Assembly (NCBI GenBank): GCA_943332515.1
Contig: CALQPR010000001.1
Coordinates: 43,598 to 107,597, forward strand
Origin: Pedosphaera parvula Ellin514
GTDB taxonomy: Bacteria > Verrucomicrobiota > Verrucomicrobiia > Limisphaerales > JADJPG01
Length of the DNA: 64,000 nt
Direction: 5' to 3'
The notes beneath the pieces were generated by a model. The model was given only the letters and a program-made list of their open reading frames with translations, was not told where the DNA came from and searched no databases. The position numbers were made by a program, and so were the translations under genes. Below are positions 36,504 through 45,676 of this stretch, one piece after another. How positions within the stretch are numbered: position 1 is the first letter of the stretch; every line of letters begins with the position of its first letter.

Positions 36504-36622
36504 AACCACGGATGAACACGAATGGACACGGATATGAATGAAGAAATATGTGCGTGGGACATTTCTGAAAGCCAAACCAGTAAGTCTGCCGAATCTGTGT
36601 TCATCCGTGTCCATCCGTGGTT
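36504..36622. repeat. Large imperfect palindrome built from GGATG[A/G]ACAC decamers
   Basis: The 30-nt arm 36504-36533 pairs with 36593-36622, the last 30 nt of the 32-nt right-arm string 36591-36622 (26 Watson-Crick, 2 G-T and 2 A-C pairs by hand alignment) around a ~57-nt AT-richer loop. Confidence 0.75.
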
Positions 36623-36640
36623 AAGAAATTCCTCAAAGTG

Positions 36641-37420
36641 ATGAAAAAGCAGCTCGTCATGTTCGCGCCGAAGAAGCCGCTGGTGGAGCGGTTCGGCGCG
36701 GAGTTCTTCCGGCAGGTTCCAGAACGGCCCGGCGTTTACCTCCTGTGCGGCGCTGGTGCGGGCGTGCTCTACGTCGGCAAGGCGAAGAATTTGCGCCAAC
36801 GTCTCGGCGGTTATCGGTCGGCGAATCTCGATGTCGTTCCGCGCAAGCTCCGCCGTCTGCTCTGTGCGGTGGAACGGATTCTCTGGGATGAATGCGTGGA
36901 TGAATCCGCCGCTCTGGAGCGCGAGCGTGAATTGCTGCTCACACTGCAACCGCGCTTCAACACCGTCGGCGTCCGTCCGGCGCGACGAGAATTGATCGGC
37001 TGGCGTGCAGCGAACGACGCGGTGGCGGTGGGCTGCGGTCAGTTGGTGAATGATTGGCCGGGGCGATTCGGTCCGACTGTGGGCGCGACGAGGGTTCACG
37101 CCGCGTTGCTACGGCTGCTGTGGTGGACGCTGCATCCGGCGGCGCATTGGGCGGAGATGCCGCGCGCGTTGCGGGCGGGACGATGTGCTCGCGAGTGGAG
37201 CTTTGCATCGGCGGAGGCGAACGAAGCCGGTGAACGCCTGCGCCTGTTCTTCCGTGGCGAATCGCCGGAGCTGGTGGAGTGGTTTGTGTGGAGCGCGGCG
37301 CGGCGCCCGGCGTTCGAGCGTGAATGGATCGCGCAGGACGCTGGCTGGTTGCTGGAGTTTTACGAGAAGGCGTGTGTGGAACCGGTGGAGGAGGGCGATG
37401 TCGCAATCGAGCTACATTGA
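36641..37420 (+). CDS. UvrC/Cho-type GIY-YIG nuclease domain protein with an uncharacterised C-terminal domain
   Basis: PGVYLLCGAGAGVLYVGKAKNLRQRLGGY...ERELLLTLQPRFN matches the UvrC N-terminal GIY-YIG signature. The remaining ~160 aa are unassigned. The 3' end overlaps dnaE2 by 23 nt. The ORF opens at GTG 36617. Confidence 0.75.
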   Translation: MKKQLVMFAPKKPLVERFGAEFFRQVPERPGVYLLCGAGAGVLYVGKAKNLRQRLGGYRSANLDVVPRKLRRLLCAVERILWDECVDESAALERERELLLTLQPRFNTVGVRPARRELIGWRAANDAVAVGCGQLVNDWPGRFGPTVGATRVHAALLRLLWWTLHPAAHWAEMPRALRAGRCAREWSFASAEANEAGERLRLFFRGESPELVEWFVWSAARRPAFEREWIAQDAGWLLEFYEKACVEPVEEGDVAIELH

Positions 37421-40400
37421 ACTTCACGCACGAAGCGCCTTCAGCTTTTTGCGCGGCGGCTCGCTGCCGGAGCAATTGGCGCAGCAGGCGGCGGCGTTGG
37501 AGCTCCCGGCGCTGGCGGTGTGCGATCGAATGGGCGTCTATGGCGCGCCGCGATTGACGAGCACGGCGAAGGAGACGGGCATCCGTCCGATCATCGGGTC
37601 CGAGCTGGTGATGGAAGACGGCTCGGTGCTGCCCGTGCTCGTCGAGTCGCGCACCGGTTACCAGAACCTCTGCGCGCTGCTGACGCAGGCACATCTGCGC
37701 GCGCCGAAGGGCGAGGGCGTGGTGCGCTGGGAGGAATTGCCGGAGTTCACGGAAGGGCTGGTGGCGTTGACCGGCGATGATGAAGGGCCGTTGGTCCGAA
37801 GCCTTCTGCAAACCGGCGCGCTGCCAGAACCGGGCGCGTGTGTGCAGCGATTGGTGCGAACGTTCGGCGAGCGGAATGTGTTCGTGGAAATCCAGCGGCA
37901 TCTGCAACGCGGGGAGGAACGCATCAACGATCGACTGATGGATTTGGCGCATGCACATCGGTTGCCGCTGCTGGCGACGAACGGCGTGATGCACACGACG
38001 CCGGTGGGGCGTCAGATCGCGGACGTGTTCACCTGCCTGCGGCATCACACGACGCTCGATGGCGCGGGGCGGTTGCTGTCGCTGAATCGCGAGCGGCATC
38101 TCAAGCGCGGCGACGAGATGGTGGCGTTGTTCGCGGATCTGCCGGAGGCGATTCTCAACACGCAACGGCTCGGGGAGCGGCTGAGCTTCACGCTGGCGGA
38201 TCTGGGCTATGAGTTCCCGAAGTTCCCGGTGGGCGCGGGCGAAACGATGGAGGGCGTGTTGCGCGAGTTGACGCTGCGCGGGGCGCGCGGACGTTACGCG
38301 GGCGAGATTCCGGAAAAGGTTCGCCTGCTGCTGGAGAAGGAGCTGACGCTAATCAACAAGCTCGGATTCGCCGGATACTTTCTCATCGTGGCGGACCTCG
38401 TCCGGTTCTGTCGCGAGAACGATATTCTCGCGCAAGGTCGCGGCAGCGCGGCGAACAGCGCGGTGTGTTTCTGCCTCGGCATCACGGCGGTGGACCCGCT
38501 GAAGTTCAACGTGCTGTTCGAGCGGTTTCTCAGCGAGAGCCGCAAGGGCTGGCCGGATATCGACATCGATTTGCCGAGCGGCGAACGGCGCGAGCGGGTG
38601 ATCCAAGAAGTGTATCGGCGCTACGGTCCGCATGGCGCGGCGATGACCGGCGCGGTGATTACGTATCGCGGGCGCAGCGCGGCGCGGGAGCTGGGCAAGG
38701 TGCTCGGGTTTCCCGTGGATGTGCTGGAGCGGTTCTCCAGCTTGTTTGCCAACGGCGATTTTCCGCACACGCTCGATTTGCTGGCGCAGATGGAGCAGGC
38801 GGGTCTGGCGCGGACGCATCCGCGCGCAGTGGTGTTTGCGGAGCTGTATCAACAGATGCGCCGGCTGCCGCGACATCTCGGGCAGCATTCGGGCGGGATG
38901 ATTATTTGTCAGGGCGCGCTCAATCGCGTGGTCCCGCTGGAGAATGCCGCGATGCCCGGGCGCGTGGTGGCGCAGTGGGACAAGGACGATTGCGAGGAGC
39001 TTGGCATTATCAAGGTGGACTTGCTTGGGCTGGGGATGATGGCGGCGTTGCAGGATATGGTGACGCTGACGACCCAACGCGGGCGCGCGGTGGATCTGGC
39101 GCAGTTGCCGGAGAACGATCCGGAGACGTTCGCTCTGATGCAGCGGGCGGATACGATCGGCGTGTTCCAGATCGAGAGCCGCGCGCAGATGGCGACGTTG
39201 CCGCGCATGAAGCCGGTTTGCTTCTACGACGTGGTTGTGGAGGTGGCGATTATCCGGCCCGGGCCCATCGTCGGCGATCTGGCGCATCCGTATCTGCGCC
39301 GGCGCAACGGCGAGGAGGAGGTGACTTACTACGCGCCGCAACTGAAGCCGGTGCTGGAGCGCACCCTGGGCGTGCCGCTGTTTCAGGAGCAGATGCTGGA
39401 GATGGCGATGGTGATGGCCAGGTTCTCAGGCGATGAAGCGGAGGATCTGCGTCGCGCAATGAGCTTTCATCGGTCGGAGGAGCGGATGCGTCACGCGGAG
39501 GAACGGTTGCGCGCGGCGATGGATCGGGCGGGCGTGAAGCCGGAGATCGTGGAGAAGATCGTGGGCGCGGTCAGCTCGTTCGCGCTCTACGGCTTTCCGG
39601 AATCGCACGCGATCAGCTTCGCGCATCTGGCGTATGCGAGCGCGTATCTGAAGACGCATCGCGCGCCGGAGTTTTACTGCGCGCTGCTGAACAACCAGCC
39701 AATGGGGTTCTATTCGCCCGCGACGCTGGTGAAGGACGCGAAGCGGCACGGCGTCAATGTGCGCCCGGTGTGCATCGCGCGTTCGGACTGGTTCACGAAC
39801 ATCGAGCCGGACGGCGCGCTGCGGCTGGGTTTTCGCCAAGTGCAGGGGCTGAATCATGGGCGTGCCGAGGGTCTGTTGGCGGCGCGACAGCAGAAGCCGT
39901 TTACCTCGATGGATGATTTGCGGCAGCGGACCAAGCTAGCGAAGGAAGAGCTGCGGACGCTGGCGGAGATCGGTGCGTTGAACGGCCTGAGCGAACATCG
40001 GCGGGCGGCGTTGTGGGAGGCGGAGCGGACGGTCAGGGCGGGGGATCTGTTTTCGGAGTCCGGGGGTCACGATCAAAGCTCCAAACCCCAAGATCCAAGC
40101 ACCAGCGGGATGCGAAAGGCGGGACACGCATCGCCGTTGCCGAGGATGGATGCGTTTGAGCGGACGTTCGCGGATTATTCTGGGCTGCGGCTGACGACGG
40201 GACCGCATCCGATGGCGCTGGTGCGTGAACGATTGGCGGACGTGTGGCGCGCGGGTGATTTGAAGCAGGCGAAGAACGGCGACTACGTGCGCGTGGCGGG
40301 ACAGGTGATCTGTCGTCAACGACCGGGCACGGCGAAGGGTGTTTGTTTCGTTAGCCTCGAGGACGAGACGGGCATCTGCAATGTGATCGTGGCGCCGGGC

Positions 40401-40559
40401 TTGTTCGAGGCGGAGCGGCTGAAGATTACGACCGAGCGGTTTCTCTTGATGGAAGGGCTGGTGCAGAGCCGGCACGGGACGATTCACATCCAGGCGCGGC
40501 GGGTGGAGGCGCTCGTTTATGCGGGGCTGGATGAAGTCGAGTCACACGACTTCCATTGA
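37398..40559 (+). CDS. dnaE2: Error-prone DNA polymerase III alpha-type subunit DnaE2 (ImuC)
   Basis: YIELHARSAFSFLRGGS PHP-domain start, polymerase core blocks (GRGSAANSAVCFCLGIT, PDIDIDL, GGMII), C-terminal OB fold; ~1050 aa. The ORF in the track is over-extended upstream to 37050. Confidence 0.92.
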   Translation: MSQSSYIELHARSAFSFLRGGSLPEQLAQQAAALELPALAVCDRMGVYGAPRLTSTAKETGIRPIIGSELVMEDGSVLPVLVESRTGYQNLCALLTQAHLRAPKGEGVVRWEELPEFTEGLVALTGDDEGPLVRSLLQTGALPEPGACVQRLVRTFGERNVFVEIQRHLQRGEERINDRLMDLAHAHRLPLLATNGVMHTTPVGRQIADVFTCLRHHTTLDGAGRLLSLNRERHLKRGDEMVALFADLPEAILNTQRLGERLSFTLADLGYEFPKFPVGAGETMEGVLRELTLRGARGRYAGEIPEKVRLLLEKELTLINKLGFAGYFLIVADLVRFCRENDILAQGRGSAANSAVCFCLGITAVDPLKFNVLFERFLSESRKGWPDIDIDLPSGERRERVIQEVYRRYGPHGAAMTGAVITYRGRSAARELGKVLGFPVDVLERFSSLFANGDFPHTLDLLAQMEQAGLARTHPRAVVFAELYQQMRRLPRHLGQHSGGMIICQGALNRVVPLENAAMPGRVVAQWDKDDCEELGIIKVDLLGLGMMAALQDMVTLTTQRGRAVDLAQLPENDPETFALMQRADTIGVFQIESRAQMATLPRMKPVCFYDVVVEVAIIRPGPIVGDLAHPYLRRRNGEEEVTYYAPQLKPVLERTLGVPLFQEQMLEMAMVMARFSGDEAEDLRRAMSFHRSEERMRHAEERLRAAMDRAGVKPEIVEKIVGAVSSFALYGFPESHAISFAHLAYASAYLKTHRAPEFYCALLNNQPMGFYSPATLVKDAKRHGVNVRPVCIARSDWFTNIEPDGALRLGFRQVQGLNHGRAEGLLAARQQKPFTSMDDLRQRTKLAKEELRTLAEIGALNGLSEHRRAALWEAERTVRAGDLFSESGGHDQSSKPQDPSTSGMRKAGHASPLPRMDAFERTFADYSGLRLTTGPHPMALVRERLADVWRAGDLKQAKNGDYVRVAGQVICRQRPGTAKGVCFVSLEDETGICNVIVAPGLFEAERLKITTERFLLMEGLVQSRHGTIHIQARRVEALVYAGLDEVESHDFH

Positions 40560-40567
40560 TCTCAAAT

Positions 40568-40741
40568 CCAGCTGTTGAATTGGCCGCGAAAGAACGCATA
40601 GAGCACAAAGAGAAGATTTTTATGCACGGACGCAGGCAGAGGCGCAGTTCCCCCAGCGGGTGAGGCCGAAGGCTGGAATCGTTTTGACTCCAACTTCATT
40701 TCTTTAGGTTCTCTGCGTCCTTTCGCGGCTATTCCAACTGC
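40568..40741. repeat. Imperfect ~40-nt inverted repeat flanking a ~90-nt spacer
   Basis: Core GCCGCGAAAGAACGCATAGAG (40583-40603) against the reverse complement of 40708-40728 (GCCGCGAAAGGACGCAGAGAA), with 18 of the first 20 aligned positions identical. Located in the convergent gap between dnaE2 and the response regulator. Confidence 0.6.
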
Positions 40742-40763
40742 TCTTTTTAGGCTGAAGGCGGAG

Positions 40764-41459
40764 CTACGGCATGGAGGTCATGCCGCGGGAGATGGCGTAT
40801 TTGGTCAGGCCGGCCACGGTGTGAATCTCCAGCTTGCGCATGATGCGCTCGCGGTGCGTCTCGATGGTGCGCACGCCGATGCCGAGCCGGTCGGCGATTT
40901 GTTTGTTGAGGAGACCTTCGGCGATGAGGGAGAGCACTTCACGCTCGCGATCGGTGAGATGTTGCTGAGGCGGGGCGTCGGACGGACGCCGTGAGCTGTC
41001 GGTCATTTCCTGGACGAGGACTTTGGAAACGGACGGGCTGAAATAGACTTCGCCGTTATGGACGGCTTTGATGGCAGCGACGAGTTCCGCCGGAGCGCTG
41101 TCCTTGAGCATGTAGCCGCGTGCGCCGGAGCGAACGACTTGGGCGATGTATTCCTTGCTCTCGTGCATGCTGAGGATGAGGATTTTCGCGTTGGGCACCT
41201 GCTTGCGGAGATGCCCGATGGCTTCGAGGCCGTTCATGTGAGGCATCGAGATGTCCATGACGATGACATCGGGCAACGTGAGCTTGGCTTTGCGCAGGGC
41301 TTCCTGTCCGTTGGCGGCGTCGCCGACGACTTCCAGTTCCGGCTGCGCGCAAAGGTGGGATTTGATTCCGTCGAGAACGATCGGGTGATCGTCCACGAGC
41401 AGGAGACGAATTTTGCTGGGCTTATCCTTTTTCACCGGTTTTGTGTTTTGAGTTTTCAA
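40764..41459 (-). CDS. NarL/FixJ-family response regulator (REC + LuxR-type HTH)
   Basis: IRLLLVDDHPIV, DVIVMDISMP, KILILS; C-terminal LTDREREVLSLIAEGLLNKQIADRLGIGVRTIETHR. Confidence 0.92.
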   Translation of the reverse strand: MKTQNTKPVKKDKPSKIRLLLVDDHPIVLDGIKSHLCAQPELEVVGDAANGQEALRKAKLTLPDVIVMDISMPHMNGLEAIGHLRKQVPNAKILILSMHESKEYIAQVVRSGARGYMLKDSAPAELVAAIKAVHNGEVYFSPSVSKVLVQEMTDSSRRPSDAPPQQHLTDREREVLSLIAEGLLNKQIADRLGIGVRTIETHRERIMRKLEIHTVAGLTKYAISRGMTSMP

Positions 41460-42900
41460 TGGTTTTCAGCGGCATCTCGACCGTGATTTCGGTGCCTGAT
41501 CCAGGCGTGGAGCGGAGCTGACAATGACCGCCAAGCAGCGCGGCGCGCTCGCGCATATCGACGAGGCCCATCCCGCCGGGCTTGCTGCGGCGGGTGCGTG
41601 GAGCGAGCGGATCGAAGCCGCACCCGTTGTCGGCGATGGCGGCGCAAAGCTTGGACGCCTGTCGCGCGAGGCGCAGCGACACCTTCGTGGCGCGCGAATG
41701 CTTTTCGATGTTGCTGAGCGCCTCTTGGAAGATGCGATAGAGGTTGAGCTCGATGTCGCTCGGAATCGTTTGCGGCAGGCGGTTGATGGTGAGGTCGATG
41801 GTGACCCCGGTGCGCTCGCCGAATTCGCTGCACAAGCTGCGGAGTGCGGGAGCAAGACCGAGATCGTCAAGTTCGCTCGGGCGGAGATTGCGGGAGATCC
41901 GGCGGACTTCGCCGATGGCTTTTTCGAGGTGCGCCTTGGCTTTGAGAGTGTCGCGCCAGGTGGCTTCGTCGCTGGAGGCGAGTTTTTCCTCGATGGCCTG
42001 GAGGCGAAATTTCACGGAGGAAAGAATCTGGATCACGCTGTCGTGGAGCTCGCGCGCGACGCGGCGGCGCTCGGCTTCCTGCGCTTCGCGGATGAGCGTG
42101 GGTAGGCGGCGCAGGGTTTCCTCGGATTCCTTGCGGCGGGTGATGTCGCGCGAAATGATGACCGCGCGCTGGGGCAGGTCGTGCTCGTCGAAGATCCAGT
42201 TCCCGATGGATTCGAAGGTGCGATAACTCCCGTCTTCGTGATGGACGCGAATCTCGGCGTGCCGGCTCTCGCGGTGCTGGAGGGATTGCTCCCAGGCCTG
42301 GGCGAGCGCAGGGCGGTCATCGGGATGGACGAGTTCGATGAACTGTGTGCCGGGCATTTCCTCCGGTTGATAGCCGAGGCTCGTGCGGTGCGAAGGGCTG
42401 GCGTAGAGGAAGCAGCCATCCACGTCCACGAGGCTGATCAAGTCGAGTGTGTTCTCCGCGATGAGACGGTATTGTTCCTCGCTGCGGCGCAGGGCGGCTT
42501 CGGCCTCAAGGCTGGCGCGTTCCATCGCCTTCTTTTGCAGCGCGTTTTTGATCGAGGTCGGAAGGCGCTTGAGGCTGGCCTTGAGGATGTAATCATCCGC
42601 GCCTTCGTGAATGCATTCCACGGCGACTTCTTCTGAGCGCGTGCCGGTGACGAGGATGAACGGGATGTCGTGGTTGTGTTTGCGCAGCAACTGCAACGCG
42701 GCCAGTGCGTCGAACGAGGGAAGGCTGAAGTCGGAGAGGATGATGTCGGGTCTTGGACCTTGGAGCTCGGCAAGGAAGGCTTCGCGAGTGCAGATGCGGC
42801 GGGTGCGGAAGCGGAGGCCAGCTTCGCGCAACTCTGCTTCGATAAACTCGGCGTCTTGAATGACGTCCTCAATGATGAGTATGTCGAGTTCCTTCTTCAT
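41422..42900 (-). CDS. Hybrid sensor histidine kinase: N-terminal REC + PAS + HisKA_3/HATPase_c
   Basis: ILIIEDVIQDAEF...DIILSDFSLP (receiver), a PAS-like segment, ERRRVARELHDSVIQ (H-box of NarX-type kinases), and GCGFD...GGMGL (G boxes). Overlaps the response regulator gene by 38 nt. Confidence 0.88.
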   Translation of the reverse strand: MKKELDILIIEDVIQDAEFIEAELREAGLRFRTRRICTREAFLAELQGPRPDIILSDFSLPSFDALAALQLLRKHNHDIPFILVTGTRSEEVAVECIHEGADDYILKASLKRLPTSIKNALQKKAMERASLEAEAALRRSEEQYRLIAENTLDLISLVDVDGCFLYASPSHRTSLGYQPEEMPGTQFIELVHPDDRPALAQAWEQSLQHRESRHAEIRVHHEDGSYRTFESIGNWIFDEHDLPQRAVIISRDITRRKESEETLRRLPTLIREAQEAERRRVARELHDSVIQILSSVKFRLQAIEEKLASSDEATWRDTLKAKAHLEKAIGEVRRISRNLRPSELDDLGLAPALRSLCSEFGERTGVTIDLTINRLPQTIPSDIELNLYRIFQEALSNIEKHSRATKVSLRLARQASKLCAAIADNGCGFDPLAPRTRRSKPGGMGLVDMRERAALLGGHCQLRSTPGSGTEITVEMPLKTIENSKHKTGEKG

Positions 42901-43506
42901 TCATCCGGAAGCGGGTCTTCGTCACCGTGAGCAATGGCTGTGTCTAACAGCGGCAGTGCTCGTGGTCGAGGGAAATTCCCGGAGGAGGGTTGCATGTTGA
43001 GATAGGCGGTTCCGGTTTCCCACTCGTCGCTGATGATAGATGCCGCGAATCATTTCCGGTGCGTTGTGATGAAAGCGATCCGGAATGAAGAACGCTCTGG
43101 CCAAAGACGCTGCCGCCACGCCGAAGCTCATCGACATTGAGCGCGCCGTAGTTCACGCGTCGGTCGGCAAGCTGCGGGCGGTCGGCGAGTCGGCGCAACC
43201 GCTGGAGCGAGTAGTGTTCGCGGTAGAGCTGGCGCTGGCGGGGTTGTCGCCGAGGTGCGCGACGAGGGCGTTGCTTTTCGGGTGGCTGAGGAGGCCATTG
43301 GCCACGGTCTGCATGGAGAACGCGACGGCGGCGGCGAGGCCGTCGCGGATGCGGGAGCCGGAGTCCACGAAGTCCCGCTCGGCCTGCGGGGAAAGGTTCG
43401 AGAGTGCCGTTCTCCCGCCAAATCGCATCGCGCTGCGGCCAGTCCTCGGCGGCAGCCGGAAGAGCAGGGGACATGCTTAGTGCGATTGCTCGTGGGGTTT
43501 GTGCTT

Positions 43507-44310
43507 TTAGCTCGCGCAGGAAGAAGTTCCCCCTGCACGACGATCTGTTGGGGGGGGGCATCGCCGCGGACGGCGACCAGCGGGGTGAATGGCGACGATT
43601 CCGCGAGCAGAACATTCGCCAGCAGCTTTCTCGCAAGAACGCAATCGACGATCGCCGTCGTCGCAGCCCACGCCTTCCTCGTTCTGAAAATAGATGCGGC
43701 CGTCGGCGAACACCGGGGACGCCGAGAAGCCTACACCCAAGCGCTCGTTCCAATGCACCTTGCCGGTCTTTGCATCGGCGCAGGTCGCGATGCCAGCGTC
43801 GGACACGAAGTAGAGTTCCGTACTTGATTGCAGTCTGCCGCGACAACACGTCGGCATCCAGATTCAGACATGCCGTGCCCAGGTGTCCGAAGTGGACGTG
43901 GATCCGGCCATCGCGCACCAGCGGAGTGGGACTTGCATAACCGTTCTTGCGATGGAGGCTCGACCATCCTGCGGGCTGAATACGTTCGTGCTCCAGAGCA
44001 GCTTCCCGTCCCGCGAATCCAGGCATATTGCGGTCAACTTCAGCTCCTTCGCACCCTCGGTAGGCTTCGCGGTAGTGAGATACAGGCGGCCGTCAACGAG
44101 CACAGGCGAAGACCATCCGCTCCCCGAAATCGCCGTCTTCCACGCCACGTTTTCCGTCACGCTCCAGCGAATCGGCACGTTCTTCCCCGGTGAATGTCCC
44201 TGTCCGGTCGGCCCGCGAAACTCCGGCCAGTCGTGCGCACCCAGGGCGAACACCATGAGGTTTGCCAGTGCGGCAAGCCCGATCCTTCTGGGTGTGGAAT
44301 TCATGGGCAC
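43507..44310 (-). pseudogene. Disrupted PQQ-like beta-propeller (BamB-type repeat) gene
   Basis: Family-like segments lie in different frames. DWPEFRGPTGQGHS...GWSSPVLVDGRLYLTT...CLDSRDGKLLW is in one frame, NGYASPTPLVRDGRIHVHFGHLGTACL in a second, and ELYFVSDAGIATCADAKTGKVHWNERLG..ASPVFADGRIYFQNEEG in a third. The middle blades are missing. Confidence 0.7.
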
Positions 44311-44349
44311 TGCAATTATCCTCTCGAAGCATCGGTGCCAAGGGTGTTG

Positions 44350-45672
44350 TCAGCGCGCGTGACGGATTTTATCGAGCAATACCGCGCCGAGAATCACAAG
44401 GCCGAGCACGACCTTTTGCGTGTAGCTCTCGACGTTGGTGAGGTTCATGCCGTTTTGGATCACGGCGATGGTGAAGGCGCCGGTGAGCGTGCCGAGCATC
44501 TTGCCTTCGCCTCCGCTGAGGCTGGTGCCGCCGACGACGACGGCCGCGATGACGTAAAGCTCATACATGTTGCCGTAGGTCGCGGAGCCGCTCTTGAGCT
44601 GCGAGGCCATAATCACGCCGCCAAGTCCGGCGAGGAGCGCGCTCGCAATGTAGGCAAACATCAGCACGCGCTTCACCGGCACGCCGGAGAGGCGCGCGGC
44701 CTCGCCGTTGCCGCCGACGGCGTAGAGATAGCGGCCCAGCTTCATACGCGACATGAGCACGTGCGCCAGGGCGTAGAGGACGAGCATGAGCACGACCGCG
44801 TTGGGCAGGCTCATCAGGTCCGCGCCGCGGCCGAGCCAGACGAAGGAATCGGGGATTTGGTAAATGGACTGGCCTTTGGCCAGGATGTAGGCGAGTCCGC
44901 TGCCGACGAGCATCATGGCGAGCGTGACGATGAACGGCGGAATGGCGAACCGCGTGATCATCGCTCCAGAAAATGCGCCGATGATTCCGCAGAGGGTGAT
45001 GGCCGCGACGCAGGCGAGCAGCATTCCTCCGAAGGACGCATTCACGCCACCGGCAAAATCGCGGATGAAGCCCGCCGTCAGCACCGCCGACAGCGCGAGC
45101 AGGCTGCCGACCGAAAGGTCGATGCCGCCGGTGATGATGACCATCGTCATTCCGATGGCGACGATGGCGATTACGGCGATCTGGTTGGCGATGTTCAGCA
45201 TGTTCTCGGATTTCAGAAAATTCGGCCACCGATAGCTGCGCGGCGTGATGACGCGAGGCTCACCAAGCGCAGGGAAGTCCGTCTTCAAGTCGGAGAAGAG
45301 GAGCCATGCCCCGGTGACTTGAGTGCAGGCGATGGCGTCAAGCTTGCCGCCGGCCGCGTTGATTTTCGCCAGGGCTTCCCGCGCCTCCTTGGGCTGGCCT
45401 TTCACGGTCGCGAGGACTTGCCCGCCGGAAGCAGCGAGCTCCCGCTCGATGCTTGCCGCAAACGCCGTGTCGCCGGGCTGGTCGCTGGCGGCGACGAGCA
45501 CGCGTGGTGTCTTGCCGAACTGCTGCTGAATCGCGCTGATGACTTGCTTCGCCGCCGCTTCGCCCGTGGGCGACTGCTCGCTGTAGGTCGCCACGCTGAA
45601 GAACGCGCAGAGCAACAGGAGCACGAAGATCATTCCGTAGTCGGAGAGGAATCGGGAGAGCGAGTGTTTCAT
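44350..45672 (-). CDS. Sugar ABC transporter permease (RbsC/AraH type) with an extra N-terminal TM helix and a ~120-aa soluble insert
   Basis: IAIVAIGMTMVIITGGIDLSVGS and multi-TM core as in RbsC. Preceded by TM1 (MIFVLLLLCAFFSVATY) and a non-membrane segment. ATG 45672; the ORF opens at 45732. Confidence 0.85.
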   Translation of the reverse strand: MKHSLSRFLSDYGMIFVLLLLCAFFSVATYSEQSPTGEAAAKQVISAIQQQFGKTPRVLVAASDQPGDTAFAASIERELAASGGQVLATVKGQPKEAREALAKINAAGGKLDAIACTQVTGAWLLFSDLKTDFPALGEPRVITPRSYRWPNFLKSENMLNIANQIAVIAIVAIGMTMVIITGGIDLSVGSLLALSAVLTAGFIRDFAGGVNASFGGMLLACVAAITLCGIIGAFSGAMITRFAIPPFIVTLAMMLVGSGLAYILAKGQSIYQIPDSFVWLGRGADLMSLPNAVVLMLVLYALAHVLMSRMKLGRYLYAVGGNGEAARLSGVPVKRVLMFAYIASALLAGLGGVIMASQLKSGSATYGNMYELYVIAAVVVGGTSLSGGEGKMLGTLTGAFTIAVIQNGMNLTNVESYTQKVVLGLVILGAVLLDKIRHAR

Positions 45673-45676
45673 GGCG

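Noticed and set aside
34307-37099. 930-aa minus-strand ORF spanning imuA, imuB and the GIY-YIG gene
   Set aside because: It is antisense to three genes with clear family motifs. Its translation is Arg/His/Gln/Leu-rich and low in complexity, typical of high-GC shadow ORFs. It also translates the palindrome at 36504-36622.
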